NCBI GenBank assembly: GCA_035578045.1
Contig: DATJWP010000104.1
Coordinates: 283 to 64,282 of the forward strand
DNA from: Polyangia bacterium
GTDB taxonomy: Bacteria > Myxococcota_A > Polyangia > Fen-1088
Reading direction: 5' to 3'
Length of the DNA stretch: 64,000 bases
Shown: positions 47,455-56,708 of the stretch, piece after piece
Position numbering within the stretch: position 1 is the first letter of the stretch
Layout: every line of letters starts with the position of its first letter
The notes under the pieces: model-generated
What the model was told of the DNA's origin: nothing
Database searches by the model: none
What the model saw: only the letters and a program-made list of their open reading frames with translations
Translations under genes and position numbers: made by a program

Positions 47455-49038
47455 ATGGCCGATAACCGTTATCGCATCACCGAGCGGGTCGCCGCCGGCG
47501 GAATGGCGGAAGTCTTCCGCGGCGTCGCCGAGTCGATGCGCGGGTTCAAGAAGAACATCGCCATCAAGCGGATCCTGCCGTCGCTGACGAAGAACAAGAA
47601 GTTCGTCGCGATGTTCCTGGACGAGGCCCGGCTGTCGCTGTCGCTGCAGCACGCCAACATCGTCCAGGTCTTCGACATCGGCCACAGCGAGGACACGTAC
47701 TTCATCGTCATGGAGTACGTCGACGGGGTCGACCTGAAGGGGATCCTCGACTGGCGGCGCCGGATCAACAAGCGGGTGCCGGTCGCGCACTCGCTCTACG
47801 TGATCATGGAGATCTGCAAGGGGCTCTCCTACGCGCACGAGCTGCGCAACCCCGAGAACGACGCCCCGCTGGGGATCGTCCACCGCGACGTCTCGCCGCC
47901 CAACGTGCTGCTGTCCAAGCAGGGCGAGGTCAAGGTCGTGGATTTCGGCCTGGCCAAGGCGACCAGCCAGGTCGAGGTCACCGACCCCGGCGTCGTGAAG
48001 GGGAAGATGAGCTACCTGTCGCCCGAGGCGGCGCGCGGTGAGGAGGTCGACCATCGCGCGGACATCTTCGCCGTCGGCATCCTGCTGTACGAGATGCTGA
48101 CCGGGAAGCGCCTGTTCTACGGCGAGACCGACTACCAGACCGTCGAGCTGGTGCGCAACGCCAAGATCCCGCCGCTGCGGCCGCAGAACCCGCAGGTCGA
48201 GCCCGAGCTGGAGGACGTCGTCCGCAAGGCGCTGGCCAAGCGCAAGGAGGACCGCTTCCAGAGCGCGACCGACATGCAGGACGCGCTGGCCCAGTACAGC
48301 TATTCGCGCGGCCTGAAGGTGATCTCGCGCGACGTCGCCGAGCTGGTGCGCCAGTGCCTGGAGGACCGCCGGATGCAGTCCGGCGAGGGGAAGGCCAGGA
48401 CCAGCATCATCGACCACCTCCTGCAGGACGAGATCGTGAAGTTCACCTCGGTGGACTTCGAGGATCCGGGCGCGCAGCCGCTGGCCGCCGACGAGCTGGG
48501 ATCCAGCCCCGCGGCGCCAGGCTTCGACGACGGCGACTTCGTCGACCCGCGCGGCTGGGCCGACGAGCGCCAGACGGCCCCGTCGACGCCCGCAGAGACG
48601 CGGGCCCTGGAGCAGCGGCGGACCGCGCGCGACCTGCCCGCCGCCAATCCCCCTGGCGGCGCGAAGGCTCCTCCTCCGGCGCCCCCGCCCAAGCGAGGCG
48701 CGACGCCGCCCACCGGGACGGCCCAGCCGACGAGGCCGCGCGTGCCGACGGGCCCGCAGCGCCCGGTGGCCGCGGCCAGCCCACCGCCGGCCGCGCGCAC
48801 GACCGATGACACGCCGGGCCCGGAAACGCTGGCCAGCGTCCTCGAACCGACGCCGGGCCCGCAGCCGAAAGCCCCGTCCGTGCCTTCGGCGCGCCCCGCC
48901 GCGGCTCCGGGACCGGCCCGCAGCTTCCTGATCGGTGCGGTCATCGGCACCGTGATCCTGGGCGGCGTCGTCGCCGCCGTCGTCTTCAAGCGCGGCGCCG
49001 CGACCGCCGGCACCCACGCCCCCGCCCAGCACCCGTAG
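47455..49038 (+). CDS. Ser/Thr protein kinase with a Pro-rich linker and C-terminal TM segment
   Basis: 527 aa. GGMAEVFRG...IAIKRI, HRDVSPPNVL, DFGLAK, SYLSPE, and a C-terminal FLIGAVIGTVILGGVVAAVVF. Confidence 0.9.
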   Translation: MADNRYRITERVAAGGMAEVFRGVAESMRGFKKNIAIKRILPSLTKNKKFVAMFLDEARLSLSLQHANIVQVFDIGHSEDTYFIVMEYVDGVDLKGILDWRRRINKRVPVAHSLYVIMEICKGLSYAHELRNPENDAPLGIVHRDVSPPNVLLSKQGEVKVVDFGLAKATSQVEVTDPGVVKGKMSYLSPEAARGEEVDHRADIFAVGILLYEMLTGKRLFYGETDYQTVELVRNAKIPPLRPQNPQVEPELEDVVRKALAKRKEDRFQSATDMQDALAQYSYSRGLKVISRDVAELVRQCLEDRRMQSGEGKARTSIIDHLLQDEIVKFTSVDFEDPGAQPLAADELGSSPAAPGFDDGDFVDPRGWADERQTAPSTPAETRALEQRRTARDLPAANPPGGAKAPPPAPPPKRGATPPTGTAQPTRPRVPTGPQRPVAAASPPPAARTTDDTPGPETLASVLEPTPGPQPKAPSVPSARPAAAPGPARSFLIGAVIGTVILGGVVAAVVFKRGAATAGTHAPAQHP

Positions 49039-49132
49039 GCGACGCCGCCGGCTCACGGCCTGTCGTCGCGCCGCCCGCGCGGCAGCCGCGTACGGCCGCG
49101 GCCAAGCTCTGGCCATCCGCCGTGGCGACCCC

Positions 49133-49441
49133 ATGTTCGCAGGGATGAGGAAATTGCTGATTTTGGCGCTCCTGAGCCTGGCCGGTGGCTTCGCCGCCGG
49201 CACCATGGGCTGCGACACGGCGCAGGAAGCGTTCGACTGCCACGAGGTCTGCGGGCGTTACCGGGACTGTTACGACAGCTCTTACGACGTGGGCGCCTGC
49301 GAGGATCGCTGCCGCACCAACGCGGCCAACGATCCCAGCGTCAAGGACGATGCCGACGCCTGTGAATCGTGCATCGGCGACAAGTCCTGCGTCTCCGCGA
49401 CGTTCAACTGCGCGGGCAGCTGCGGCGCCATCGTTCCCTGA
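49133..49441 (+). CDS. Cys-rich putative lipoprotein
   Basis: 102 aa. Signal MRKLLILALLSLAGGFAAGTMGC, then 10 further Cys in about 75 aa (DCHEVCGRYRDCY...CEDRC...CESCIGDKSC...CAGSC). Confidence 0.6.
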   Translation: MFAGMRKLLILALLSLAGGFAAGTMGCDTAQEAFDCHEVCGRYRDCYDSSYDVGACEDRCRTNAANDPSVKDDADACESCIGDKSCVSATFNCAGSCGAIVP

Positions 49442-50667
49442 TCGCGGCGAGGCGCCCCGCCCGGGCACGGGCGTCGCTGCTGCTGCTCGGGATGTTGGCC
49501 GGTGCCAGCCGGGCACAGGCCCAGTCCGGCCGTGAGCTGAACGTCGTCCCTCTGGCGGGCGGCGACAGCGACGTGGGCATCGGCGGGGGCGTGGTGGGCG
49601 ACTGGGCGGCGCTGGCGCCAGGACGTCCGGGGTTCAAGCAGCGCCTCGAGCTGCAGGCGTTCATCACGTTCAAGCTTCAGGACGGCAAGCAGCTCGTCTC
49701 GCCGTTCCAGGACTACTCGCTCGAGGAGATCATCCCGCACCTCGGGCCGGCCGGGAGGCTGCGCCTGGATGCTCGGATCGCCTACACCGACGAGACGACG
49801 CTCAAGTACACGGGGATCGGTAATGCCTCGCCCCCCCTGGCCTCCAACCTCCCGGACACGGCGGACGAGTACGGCCGCCTCCACCCCACCGCTTCGCTGG
49901 AGGTGCGCACCCGCCTGAGGGGCGTGTTCTATCTGCTCGGCGGCGTAAACCTCACCTACAACCGGCTCAAGGTGCCGCCAGGAACGATTCTGGCCGCCGA
50001 CCAGCAGATGGGCTCCCCCGAGGTGCGGGCGATCCTGGGCGGCTTCGCTCCCCACCTTGTCGCGCTGGTGACCGCGGAGGCTCAGCTGGACACGCGCGAC
50101 GACGAGATCGTCACCCGGAACGGTCAGTTCCACACGCTCCGCTTCCGATACAGCCCCGGCTACGGCGGAGAGTTGCCGTACCAGTACCAGCGGCTCACGC
50201 TGACGACCCGCCTTTACCGCTCCGCGGTCGGGGGCCGGCTGACGGTCCGGTGGCGCGGTGTGGGCGACGTTCTCTGGGGCTCACCGCCGTTCTACGAGCT
50301 GGCGCGCTTCGACGAGACGGCAGCCATCGGGGGCGTCAAAGCCGTGCGCGGCATCCCCGCCCAGCGTTACTACGGGAAGGTGAAGCTGTTCCAGAACCTG
50401 GAGGTATCGGCGGCCATCTGGACGTTCAGGCTGTTCTCCAAGCAGTTCACGGCGGGGCCGGCGGTGTTCTTCGACGCCGGTCGGACCTGGACCGAGCTGG
50501 CCCACGCCCACCCCGAATTGGACGGGACGGGGCTGGGCATCAAGTACGGGATCGGCGGCGGCCTGCGGGTGCAGGAGGGCAAGACGTTCATCGTCCGCGC
50601 GGACCTCGCCTGGTCACCCGACGCCACGCCCATCGGCGCCTATTTCGCGGCCGGCGAGATCTTTTGA
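49369..50667 (+). CDS. Omp85/bacterial surface antigen (D15)-like outer-membrane beta-barrel (start unresolved)
   Basis: Sec-like signal RRPARARASLLLLGMLAGASRAQA|QS, a beta-rich sequence and a C-terminal ...IGAYFAAGEIF. The only upstream ATG (49369) overlaps the Cys-rich ORF by 73 nt. Confidence 0.65.
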   Translation: MHRRQVLRLRDVQLRGQLRRHRSLIAARRPARARASLLLLGMLAGASRAQAQSGRELNVVPLAGGDSDVGIGGGVVGDWAALAPGRPGFKQRLELQAFITFKLQDGKQLVSPFQDYSLEEIIPHLGPAGRLRLDARIAYTDETTLKYTGIGNASPPLASNLPDTADEYGRLHPTASLEVRTRLRGVFYLLGGVNLTYNRLKVPPGTILAADQQMGSPEVRAILGGFAPHLVALVTAEAQLDTRDDEIVTRNGQFHTLRFRYSPGYGGELPYQYQRLTLTTRLYRSAVGGRLTVRWRGVGDVLWGSPPFYELARFDETAAIGGVKAVRGIPAQRYYGKVKLFQNLEVSAAIWTFRLFSKQFTAGPAVFFDAGRTWTELAHAHPELDGTGLGIKYGIGGGLRVQEGKTFIVRADLAWSPDATPIGAYFAAGEIF

Positions 50668-50683
50668 AGAGGCCTGACCCCAC

Positions 50684-50727
50684 CCGGCGAGCCTCCGGCT
50701 CGCCGGCCTCCCCGCTCCGCGGAGAGG
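50684..50727. terminator. two GC-rich hairpins between convergent genes (terminator-like or REP-like)
   Basis: CCGGCGAGC-N5-GCTCGCCGG (50684..50706), immediately followed by CCTCCCCGC-TCC-GCGGAGAGG (50707..50727). No T-tract. Confidence 0.45.
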
Positions 50728-50749
50728 CGGAGAGGGAGGCTAGCGCAGG

Positions 50750-51313
50750 CTAGCGCCGCTCCAGGAAGCCGCGGCCCTCGAATATCGCCGGCATCGCTCT
50801 CTCGATGCGCGCCGCCCGCGTCGCCGACTGCTTGGCCGCGGCGAAGTGGTAGAGGTAGCTCCGCTGCCGGCCGGGCGTCAGCGCCTCGAAGGCGCGCTTC
50901 AGACGCGCGTCCTTCCTGAACCGCGCCGTCAACTCCTCGGGGACCGGGAAATCCGAGGTCTTCTTCCGCTCCACGCGCAGGCCGGCCTTCCCGACTGCGA
51001 TGGCCTCGCGCACGTAGGCCTTGATGGTGGCCGCCTTGGCCGTGATCTCCTTCGCGCTGGTGAACTTCATCACCCGCCCGGCCTGCACCTGGCCCAGCTG
51101 CACCAGCACCTTCTTGGAGTCCTTCAGCAGGGCGCCCTGAAAGAAGCCCAGCGCGAAGTACTCCTTGAAGCCCTGCAAGATGACGACGTTCTTTCCATCC
51201 ACCGTGTAGGTGGGCTTGCCCCACTTGCGCTCCTCCGTCATCGCAAAGCCTGCGAGCACCCGCCGCATCGCCGCGATCTCCGCCTGCCACCGGTCGCGAT
51301 AGGCCATCTCCAT
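50750..51313 (-). CDS. YdeI/OmpD-associated family protein (DUF1801-like N-terminal part)
   Basis: From ATG 51313: MEMAYRDRWQAEIAAMRRVLAGFAMTEERKWGKPTYTVDGKNVVILQGFKEYFALGFF...PGRQRSYLYHFAAAKQSATRAARIE. The track N-terminal extension is R/G-rich junk. Confidence 0.75.
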   Translation of the reverse strand: MEMAYRDRWQAEIAAMRRVLAGFAMTEERKWGKPTYTVDGKNVVILQGFKEYFALGFFQGALLKDSKKVLVQLGQVQAGRVMKFTSAKEITAKAATIKAYVREAIAVGKAGLRVERKKTSDFPVPEELTARFRKDARLKRAFEALTPGRQRSYLYHFAAAKQSATRAARIERAMPAIFEGRGFLERR

Positions 51314-51315
51314 GG

Positions 51316-52803
51316 CTAGCGGCGCAGGATGCGGGCCAGCTTGGCGCGGTCGGCAGGGTCCAGCTCGCCGCCGGCGACCAGGACGACGACGTAAGCCGCG
51401 GCGGCCAGCACGATGGCCGCCAGGCCGGCGATCTTGCCGTGACCGGGGACGATGTGGGCCAGGGCGGCGCCCGCGGCCAGGCCGACCGCCACGCGGGCGA
51501 CCGTCGCCGGCGGCGGGAACCCGCCCAGCCGGGTGCGCACGTAGACCATGGCGGCCGCGAAGCCGGAGGCCATGCCCAGCGAGGTCGCGATGGCCGCCGC
51601 GCGCAGCATCGAGGGGCCGATCTCGGCGTTCGGGACCAGCAGCGCGGCCGCGCCCGCGCCCACGGCGACGGTCAGCGCCACGAAGGACAGCGTGGCGCGC
51701 GTCCGGCCGGCGGCGTTCAGGATCGCGCAGACCACACCCAGCAGCGCCAGGCAGCACTCGCCCGCGACCAGGATCGGCATGGCCGCGGCACCCTCGCCGT
51801 AAGCGGGCTTGTACAGGATCCCGAGCAGCGCGGCCGGGCGCGCCGCCAGCACGATCCCCATGAGGCCCACCAGGATCAGCGCGTAGCGCAGCGTCTGCGT
51901 CACGTAGATGCGCGTGGCTTCCCGGTCCTCGGCAAAGGTCGCGCGCGAGACCAGCGGGAAGATCACGAACGTCACGACGATGAGGGCCTGATAGGGCAGC
52001 AGGGCCAGCGTCCGCAGCGCCTGATAGTGCCCGGCGGCCACGGCGGCCACCGCCTCGCCCGCCGCCTGGCCGGCAAAGTGGTGGAGCAGCGGCTGGTCGT
52101 AGTTCAGCGCCACGTTCAGCAGCAGGCCGTACGCCACGACGGCGCTCATGTACGCGCTGATCCGCCCGGTGGGGAAGCGCTCACCGCCCGCCGGCAGCTT
52201 CATCACGCGCGACGCCACCACCAGGATGAAGGCCGCCGCGGCCGCGAACCCCACGAACGCGCCCGTGACCTTCCAGAGGAACGCCAGCGCCAGCAGCAGG
52301 ATGGTCTTGGCGGTCGAGAAGCCGACGTCGAAGGTCGCCTGGGTCCGGAAGCGGCGCAGCCCGTTGGCCGAGCCCACGAAGACGGCGTAAAGCGCGTACA
52401 GGAACGGGATCGCGGCCGCGATCCGGAAGTAGGTCGTGTAGTGGGGCGCGTGCTCGAAGTCGGCGATCCAGGGCGCCCCCACGAAGATCCCCAGCGCCAG
52501 CGCCGCCCCCAGCACCACCTGCATGCGGAGGCCGGCGCGCTGGACCGCGCCGGCCCGCGCGTCGTCCTCGGCGGTGTACTTCGAGACCGACTGGATCGTC
52601 GCCTGGACGACCGTGTTGTTGACGATCGAGATGACGTTGTTGACCACCGCGAAGGCGCCGAACTCGGCGGCGCCGACCAGCCGGGGCAGCAAGACCTGCT
52701 GCAGGAACCCGCTGATCATGAAGTAGATCTTCGCGAAGCCGATGAAGAGCGCGCCCTTGGCGGCGGTCGAGCCCTCGGCGGCGACCGGCGGGGACGCGGT
52801 CAC
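51316..52803 (-). CDS. polysaccharide/oligosaccharide flippase (MOP superfamily, Wzx/MurJ-like)
   Basis: 495 aa, about 12-14 hydrophobic helices, N-terminal KGALFIGFAKIYFMISGFLQQVLLPRLVG. Confidence 0.75.
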   Translation of the reverse strand: MTASPPVAAEGSTAAKGALFIGFAKIYFMISGFLQQVLLPRLVGAAEFGAFAVVNNVISIVNNTVVQATIQSVSKYTAEDDARAGAVQRAGLRMQVVLGAALALGIFVGAPWIADFEHAPHYTTYFRIAAAIPFLYALYAVFVGSANGLRRFRTQATFDVGFSTAKTILLLALAFLWKVTGAFVGFAAAAAFILVVASRVMKLPAGGERFPTGRISAYMSAVVAYGLLLNVALNYDQPLLHHFAGQAAGEAVAAVAAGHYQALRTLALLPYQALIVVTFVIFPLVSRATFAEDREATRIYVTQTLRYALILVGLMGIVLAARPAALLGILYKPAYGEGAAAMPILVAGECCLALLGVVCAILNAAGRTRATLSFVALTVAVGAGAAALLVPNAEIGPSMLRAAAIATSLGMASGFAAAMVYVRTRLGGFPPPATVARVAVGLAAGAALAHIVPGHGKIAGLAAIVLAAAAYVVVLVAGGELDPADRAKLARILRR

Positions 52804-53666
52804 GCCCTCACCCCCGACACGACGCGCTCGATGCCGGCCAGGTCGCGGCGGCGGCGAACGTCCTGGAAGCCGGCGGCCTGCAGCAGCGCCGCCGTGGCGT
52901 CGGCCTGGCCGGCCCCGATCTCCAGGGCCAGCGCGCCGCCCGCGCGCAACAGGGCGGGCGCGGCGGCGACCAGCCGGCGGACCAGATCCAGCCCGTCGGG
53001 GCCGCCGTCCAGCGCCAGGGCCGGCTCGGCGCGCACCTCCGGCGCCAGCCCGGCCATCTCACCGGAAGGAACGTAAGGCAGGTTGGCGACGATCAGCGAG
53101 AACGCTGCCTGCTCGGCCAGCGGCGCCGTCAGATCGCCCTCGAGGAAGGTCACCGGGAGCCCCAGCCGCTCGGCGTTCGCGCGCGCCACGGCCAGCGCAT
53201 CGGGTGAAACGTCCACGGCATGAAGCGCGGCCGACGGACGCAGCTTGGCCAGCGCCAGGGCCACCGCCCCCGACCCCGTGCCGATATCCACGATCCGCTC
53301 ATCTTCGCCTTGCTGCTCGTCGAGGCGAGCGCGCCCTTCCTCGACCAGCGTCTCGGTATCGGGGCGCGGGACCAGCACCCGCGCGTCGACGGCCAGCTCC
53401 AGCCCCCAGAACTCTTTCTTGCCGACGACGTAGGCGACCGACGCCCCCGCCTGCCTGCGTTTGATGAGCTCGCGAATGTCCGCCAGCTCCGCCGGCGTCA
53501 GCGGCCGATCGTGCTGCACGTAGAGCTGCACGCGCGACAGGCCCAGCGCGTGCGCGACCAGGATCTCGGCGTCCAGCCGGGGCGTCTCCAACCGGCGCTC
53601 CGTGAACCTGGCGATGGTCCACTTGATGACGTCCAGGACGGTCCACCGCGCCGGCGCGGTCTCCAT
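52800..53666 (-). CDS. prmC: peptide chain release factor N5-glutamine methyltransferase
   Basis: From ATG 53666: METAPARWTVLDVIKWTIARF...VLVPRPDTE...IVDIGTGSGAVALALA...VANLPYV (NPPY-type motif). Confidence 0.85.
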   Translation of the reverse strand: METAPARWTVLDVIKWTIARFTERRLETPRLDAEILVAHALGLSRVQLYVQHDRPLTPAELADIRELIKRRQAGASVAYVVGKKEFWGLELAVDARVLVPRPDTETLVEEGRARLDEQQGEDERIVDIGTGSGAVALALAKLRPSAALHAVDVSPDALAVARANAERLGLPVTFLEGDLTAPLAEQAAFSLIVANLPYVPSGEMAGLAPEVRAEPALALDGGPDGLDLVRRLVAAAPALLRAGGALALEIGAGQADATAALLQAAGFQDVRRRRDLAGIERVVSGVRA

Positions 53667-53677
53667 CGCCAAGCTGG

Positions 53678-53995
53678 TCACTTCATCCTGAGGCGCTCGA
53701 CGGGGACGCCGCCGAACAGGTGGCTGTCGATGATCTCGGGGACGTCCGCCACGGTGACACCGCCGTACCAGACCTGCTCGGGATAGACGACGACGGTCAC
53801 CCCGCGCGCGCACTGATCCAGACAGCCGGCGGCGTTGGCGCGCATCCGACCCTTCACGCCGCGGTCGTGCAGGAGCCGCTTGAACTCGTCGCGGACCGCC
53901 TCGCCCCCTTTCTCGGCGCAGTCCCCCTTGGGATGCCCGGGTTCGCGCCGGTTCACGCAGATGAACACGTGCTTCTCGAGGTGCGGCTCTGCCAT
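53678..53995 (-). CDS. thioredoxin-like [2Fe-2S] ferredoxin family protein
   Basis: From ATG 53995: MAEPHLEKHVFICVNRREPGHPKGDCAEKGG...AGCLDQCARGVTVVVYPEQVWYGGVT. Confidence 0.7.
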   Translation of the reverse strand: MAEPHLEKHVFICVNRREPGHPKGDCAEKGGEAVRDEFKRLLHDRGVKGRMRANAAGCLDQCARGVTVVVYPEQVWYGGVTVADVPEIIDSHLFGGVPVERLRMK

Positions 53996-54006
53996 CGCGC
54001 GCGGGA

Positions 54007-54798
54007 TTATAGCTTTCCGACTTCGCCGGCGCGGAGCCAACCTTCCAGGCCGTTCCCCAGCCGGACTCGCACCCAGTCCTGGTCGGTGTCCACGATGCGA
54101 ACGCGGGCCCCGGCGTGCAGGCCGAAGCTGGTCCGGGCGCCCGGGTCGGCCCCCTCCCGGACCTCGACCGCGTCCGGCAGCACGACCCCGAACGACAGCC
54201 GTTCCAGCTGAACCCGCCCGATCAGGAGCGCGCCGGTCAGCAGCGCCGCCGCGCCGAACGCCGTCGCCGCGATGGCGAGCCCAGAGCGCAGGTCGGCCCC
54301 CGCCCAGAGCCGCCAGAACAGCAGCCCGAACAGCCCCAGATAGGCCACCGTGAACAGCCAGGTCTCGGCCGAGGCGCTCAGCGAGCTGACGATGCGGACC
54401 CAGAGGGGGTCGCGGTCCTGCCCGGGGGCCTCGGCCGCGTCCGGCGAATGCCCCAGGCGGGCCGCCTGCTTGCGCGCGGCGCCCAGGTTGTACCGGGCGT
54501 CGTCGTTGCCCGGGTCCAGCACCAGCGCCTCCTCGAACGCCCAGATCGCCGGGCCCAGCGCGCCCGTGCGCACGTAGGCGTCGCCCAGGTTGAAGAACAG
54601 GTCGGTCGAGCGGACCCCCTGGTCACGCAGCTCCTGGTAGGCCGCCACGGCCGTCCCGTAGTCGCCGTGCAGGTAGGCCTGGTTCCCGCGCCGCCACGCC
54701 TCGTCCAGCCGACCGGCGCGGGCGGCGCCGGTCAGGCCCGCCACCAGCCCCGCCGCGACGAGGGACACTGCCACGGAGCGCTTCACGGCTCGCGTCAT
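54007..54798 (-). CDS. batE: BatE-like protein (TPR plus C-terminal SH3-like domain)
   Basis: 263 aa. Signal, TPR repeats (AYLHGDYGTAVAAYQEL...FFNLGDAYVRTG), TM segments, and a C-terminal VRIVDTDQDWVRVRLGNGLEGWL. It is the last gene of the MoxR/Bat operon. Confidence 0.7.
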   Translation of the reverse strand: MTRAVKRSVAVSLVAAGLVAGLTGAARAGRLDEAWRRGNQAYLHGDYGTAVAAYQELRDQGVRSTDLFFNLGDAYVRTGALGPAIWAFEEALVLDPGNDDARYNLGAARKQAARLGHSPDAAEAPGQDRDPLWVRIVSSLSASAETWLFTVAYLGLFGLLFWRLWAGADLRSGLAIAATAFGAAALLTGALLIGRVQLERLSFGVVLPDAVEVREGADPGARTSFGLHAGARVRIVDTDQDWVRVRLGNGLEGWLRAGEVGKL

Positions 54799-56708
54799 CC
54801 CTTGGCCTCCGGGTGCTGCTCGGCGCGCAGCTCCGCACGATCGATCGCCCCGACCAGGTCGGCGGCCCGGCTCTCCATCGCGGCCAGCGCCGCCGGATTC
54901 CCGGCAGTCGCGCCCGGGGCGAAGCGCGCCTCGTCGCAGGTCTCGAGCGCGCTCACGACGGCCGCCGTCTCCGCGGCGCCCAGCCCGCGCTCGCCCAGGA
55001 GCACCCTGAGCTCGCCCAGCTGCAGGCCGGCGACCGGCGTGCCCAGCCGTTCACCCAGAGCGTCGCGCAGCACCCGATCGATCTCGGCGTAGAAGGCAGT
55101 CACCCGCCCGGCCGCCCGATGGGCCTCGGCGTCGCGCAGGCGCTTGCGGGCCATGCTCCGCAGCCGCCGGCGGCGCGTGCGCTGCTCGTCGGCCGACAGC
55201 CGCGCCCGGGCGCGCCCGAACAGCAGCACCGCGGCCCAGGCCAGCGGCGGCAGGACCATGGTCGCCGTGAAGGCCCCGCTTCGCAGGAAGGCCAGGCCAG
55301 GGCTGGTCGACAGCGACGGGCGCGCGTGGATCGGCCGGATGGCGCCGGGAGCCGCTTCCGCCGGCGGCGCGGCGTTGCCGGTCCCGGCGGTGGCCGGCGG
55401 CGCGCTGCTCGCCTCGCCGGTGACCACGAGGTCGATCGGCGAGGTGCGCTCGGCCTGGTACCGCTTGGCCGTCGGGTCGAAGGTCTCCAGCGCCAGCGGC
55501 GGCACGGTGGTCTTGCCGGGCCGCTCGGCCCGCATCAACCATTCCACGGTCTTGGTCCCGGTGACGGAGTCGCCCGCGTCCACCGCCACGTCGACCTTCG
55601 GCTCGTAGCTCTTCCAGCCTTCCAGCGCCGGCAAGGCCGGCGGCCGCACGTTGCGCACGTTGCCCGCGCCCTTGACGGCGACCCGGAGCATGACGGCGTC
55701 GCCGACGGCGACGGCTGCCCGATCGACCGTCGCCGAGATCTGGTACTTGCCGACGTTCGCGGGGTCGAAGGCCGCTGGCTGCCCGGCGTGCGGCAGCGGC
55801 ATCGCCTCGATCACCAGCGGATCGGTCTTGAGCCGCCGCGCCCGCACCGCCGAACCGAACAGGTCGACCTGCGAGACCTCGGCCTCCATCGGCGTGATGG
55901 TCAGCTTCCCCGCCGACAGCGGGAACAGCGCCTTCTTGAACAGCAGGGCCACGTTGTAGGTGCGCCCGTTCAGCGTCTGCTCCGTGAATGACAGCCGCCC
56001 CTGGGGGTTGGTCGACGGGATGTCCTCGGACCAGAAGCCGTCCGTGCGCGGCTCGGTGATGCTCTCGTAGCGGTTCTGGTTCTGCGTCAGGTACAGGTAC
56101 CAGCCGACCGTGACCTGCTCCCCGACGAACGCGCGCGTCTTGTCGGGAAGCACGCGGATGAAGGCCGCCGAGGACGAGGACGCCAGGGCGTCCGACTGGT
56201 CGGCGTCACCGCCGCCGAACGGCCCGCCGGACCCGCCGCCAAAGAACTGCTGGAAGATGTTGCCCGGCGCGGGCGGCTGGCGAGACGGGCGAGCCGCGCC
56301 GCTGCCGGCGCCGACGCGCACCGGGACGGTGTTGCTGGCCATGTCGCGGCCCCCGACGCGGGCGTGGGCGGGGCCAATCGTCAGCGTCCCCTTCGCGCCG
56401 GCCGGCACGGCCAGCTGAAACGTCCAGGAGAAGCTGTTCTCGACGCTGGTCTGGCCGCCGGCGATCTGCATGCTGGTCGATCGGCTGGGGAAGCTGGGCG
56501 CCTGGACCACCTGCAGGCCGTGGAAGTCGGGCGGGCGAAAGTTCGCGACCTCCTCGTTCGCCACCGTCAGCGTGACCTGGTAGATGAACGGCTCTCCGGG
56601 GGCCACCGCGTCGCGATCGAGGGACGCGCTGAACGAAGCGGCGTGAGCTGGAGCGACCATCGCCGCCAGCGACAGGGCGGCCAGCGCCGCTGGACGAAAG
56701 CGCCTCAC
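54795..56708 (-). CDS. batD: BatD-like (oxygen tolerance family) protein
   Basis: 637 aa. Signal peptide, repeated Ig-like beta-rich modules (GEPFIYQVTLTV..., GEQVTVGWYLY...), and a TM segment near the C-terminal quarter. Its operon position matches BatD. Confidence 0.7.
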   Translation of the reverse strand: MRRFRPAALAALSLAAMVAPAHAASFSASLDRDAVAPGEPFIYQVTLTVANEEVANFRPPDFHGLQVVQAPSFPSRSTSMQIAGGQTSVENSFSWTFQLAVPAGAKGTLTIGPAHARVGGRDMASNTVPVRVGAGSGAARPSRQPPAPGNIFQQFFGGGSGGPFGGGDADQSDALASSSSAAFIRVLPDKTRAFVGEQVTVGWYLYLTQNQNRYESITEPRTDGFWSEDIPSTNPQGRLSFTEQTLNGRTYNVALLFKKALFPLSAGKLTITPMEAEVSQVDLFGSAVRARRLKTDPLVIEAMPLPHAGQPAAFDPANVGKYQISATVDRAAVAVGDAVMLRVAVKGAGNVRNVRPPALPALEGWKSYEPKVDVAVDAGDSVTGTKTVEWLMRAERPGKTTVPPLALETFDPTAKRYQAERTSPIDLVVTGEASSAPPATAGTGNAAPPAEAAPGAIRPIHARPSLSTSPGLAFLRSGAFTATMVLPPLAWAAVLLFGRARARLSADEQRTRRRRLRSMARKRLRDAEAHRAAGRVTAFYAEIDRVLRDALGERLGTPVAGLQLGELRVLLGERGLGAAETAAVVSALETCDEARFAPGATAGNPAALAAMESRAADLVGAIDRAELRAEQHPEAKG

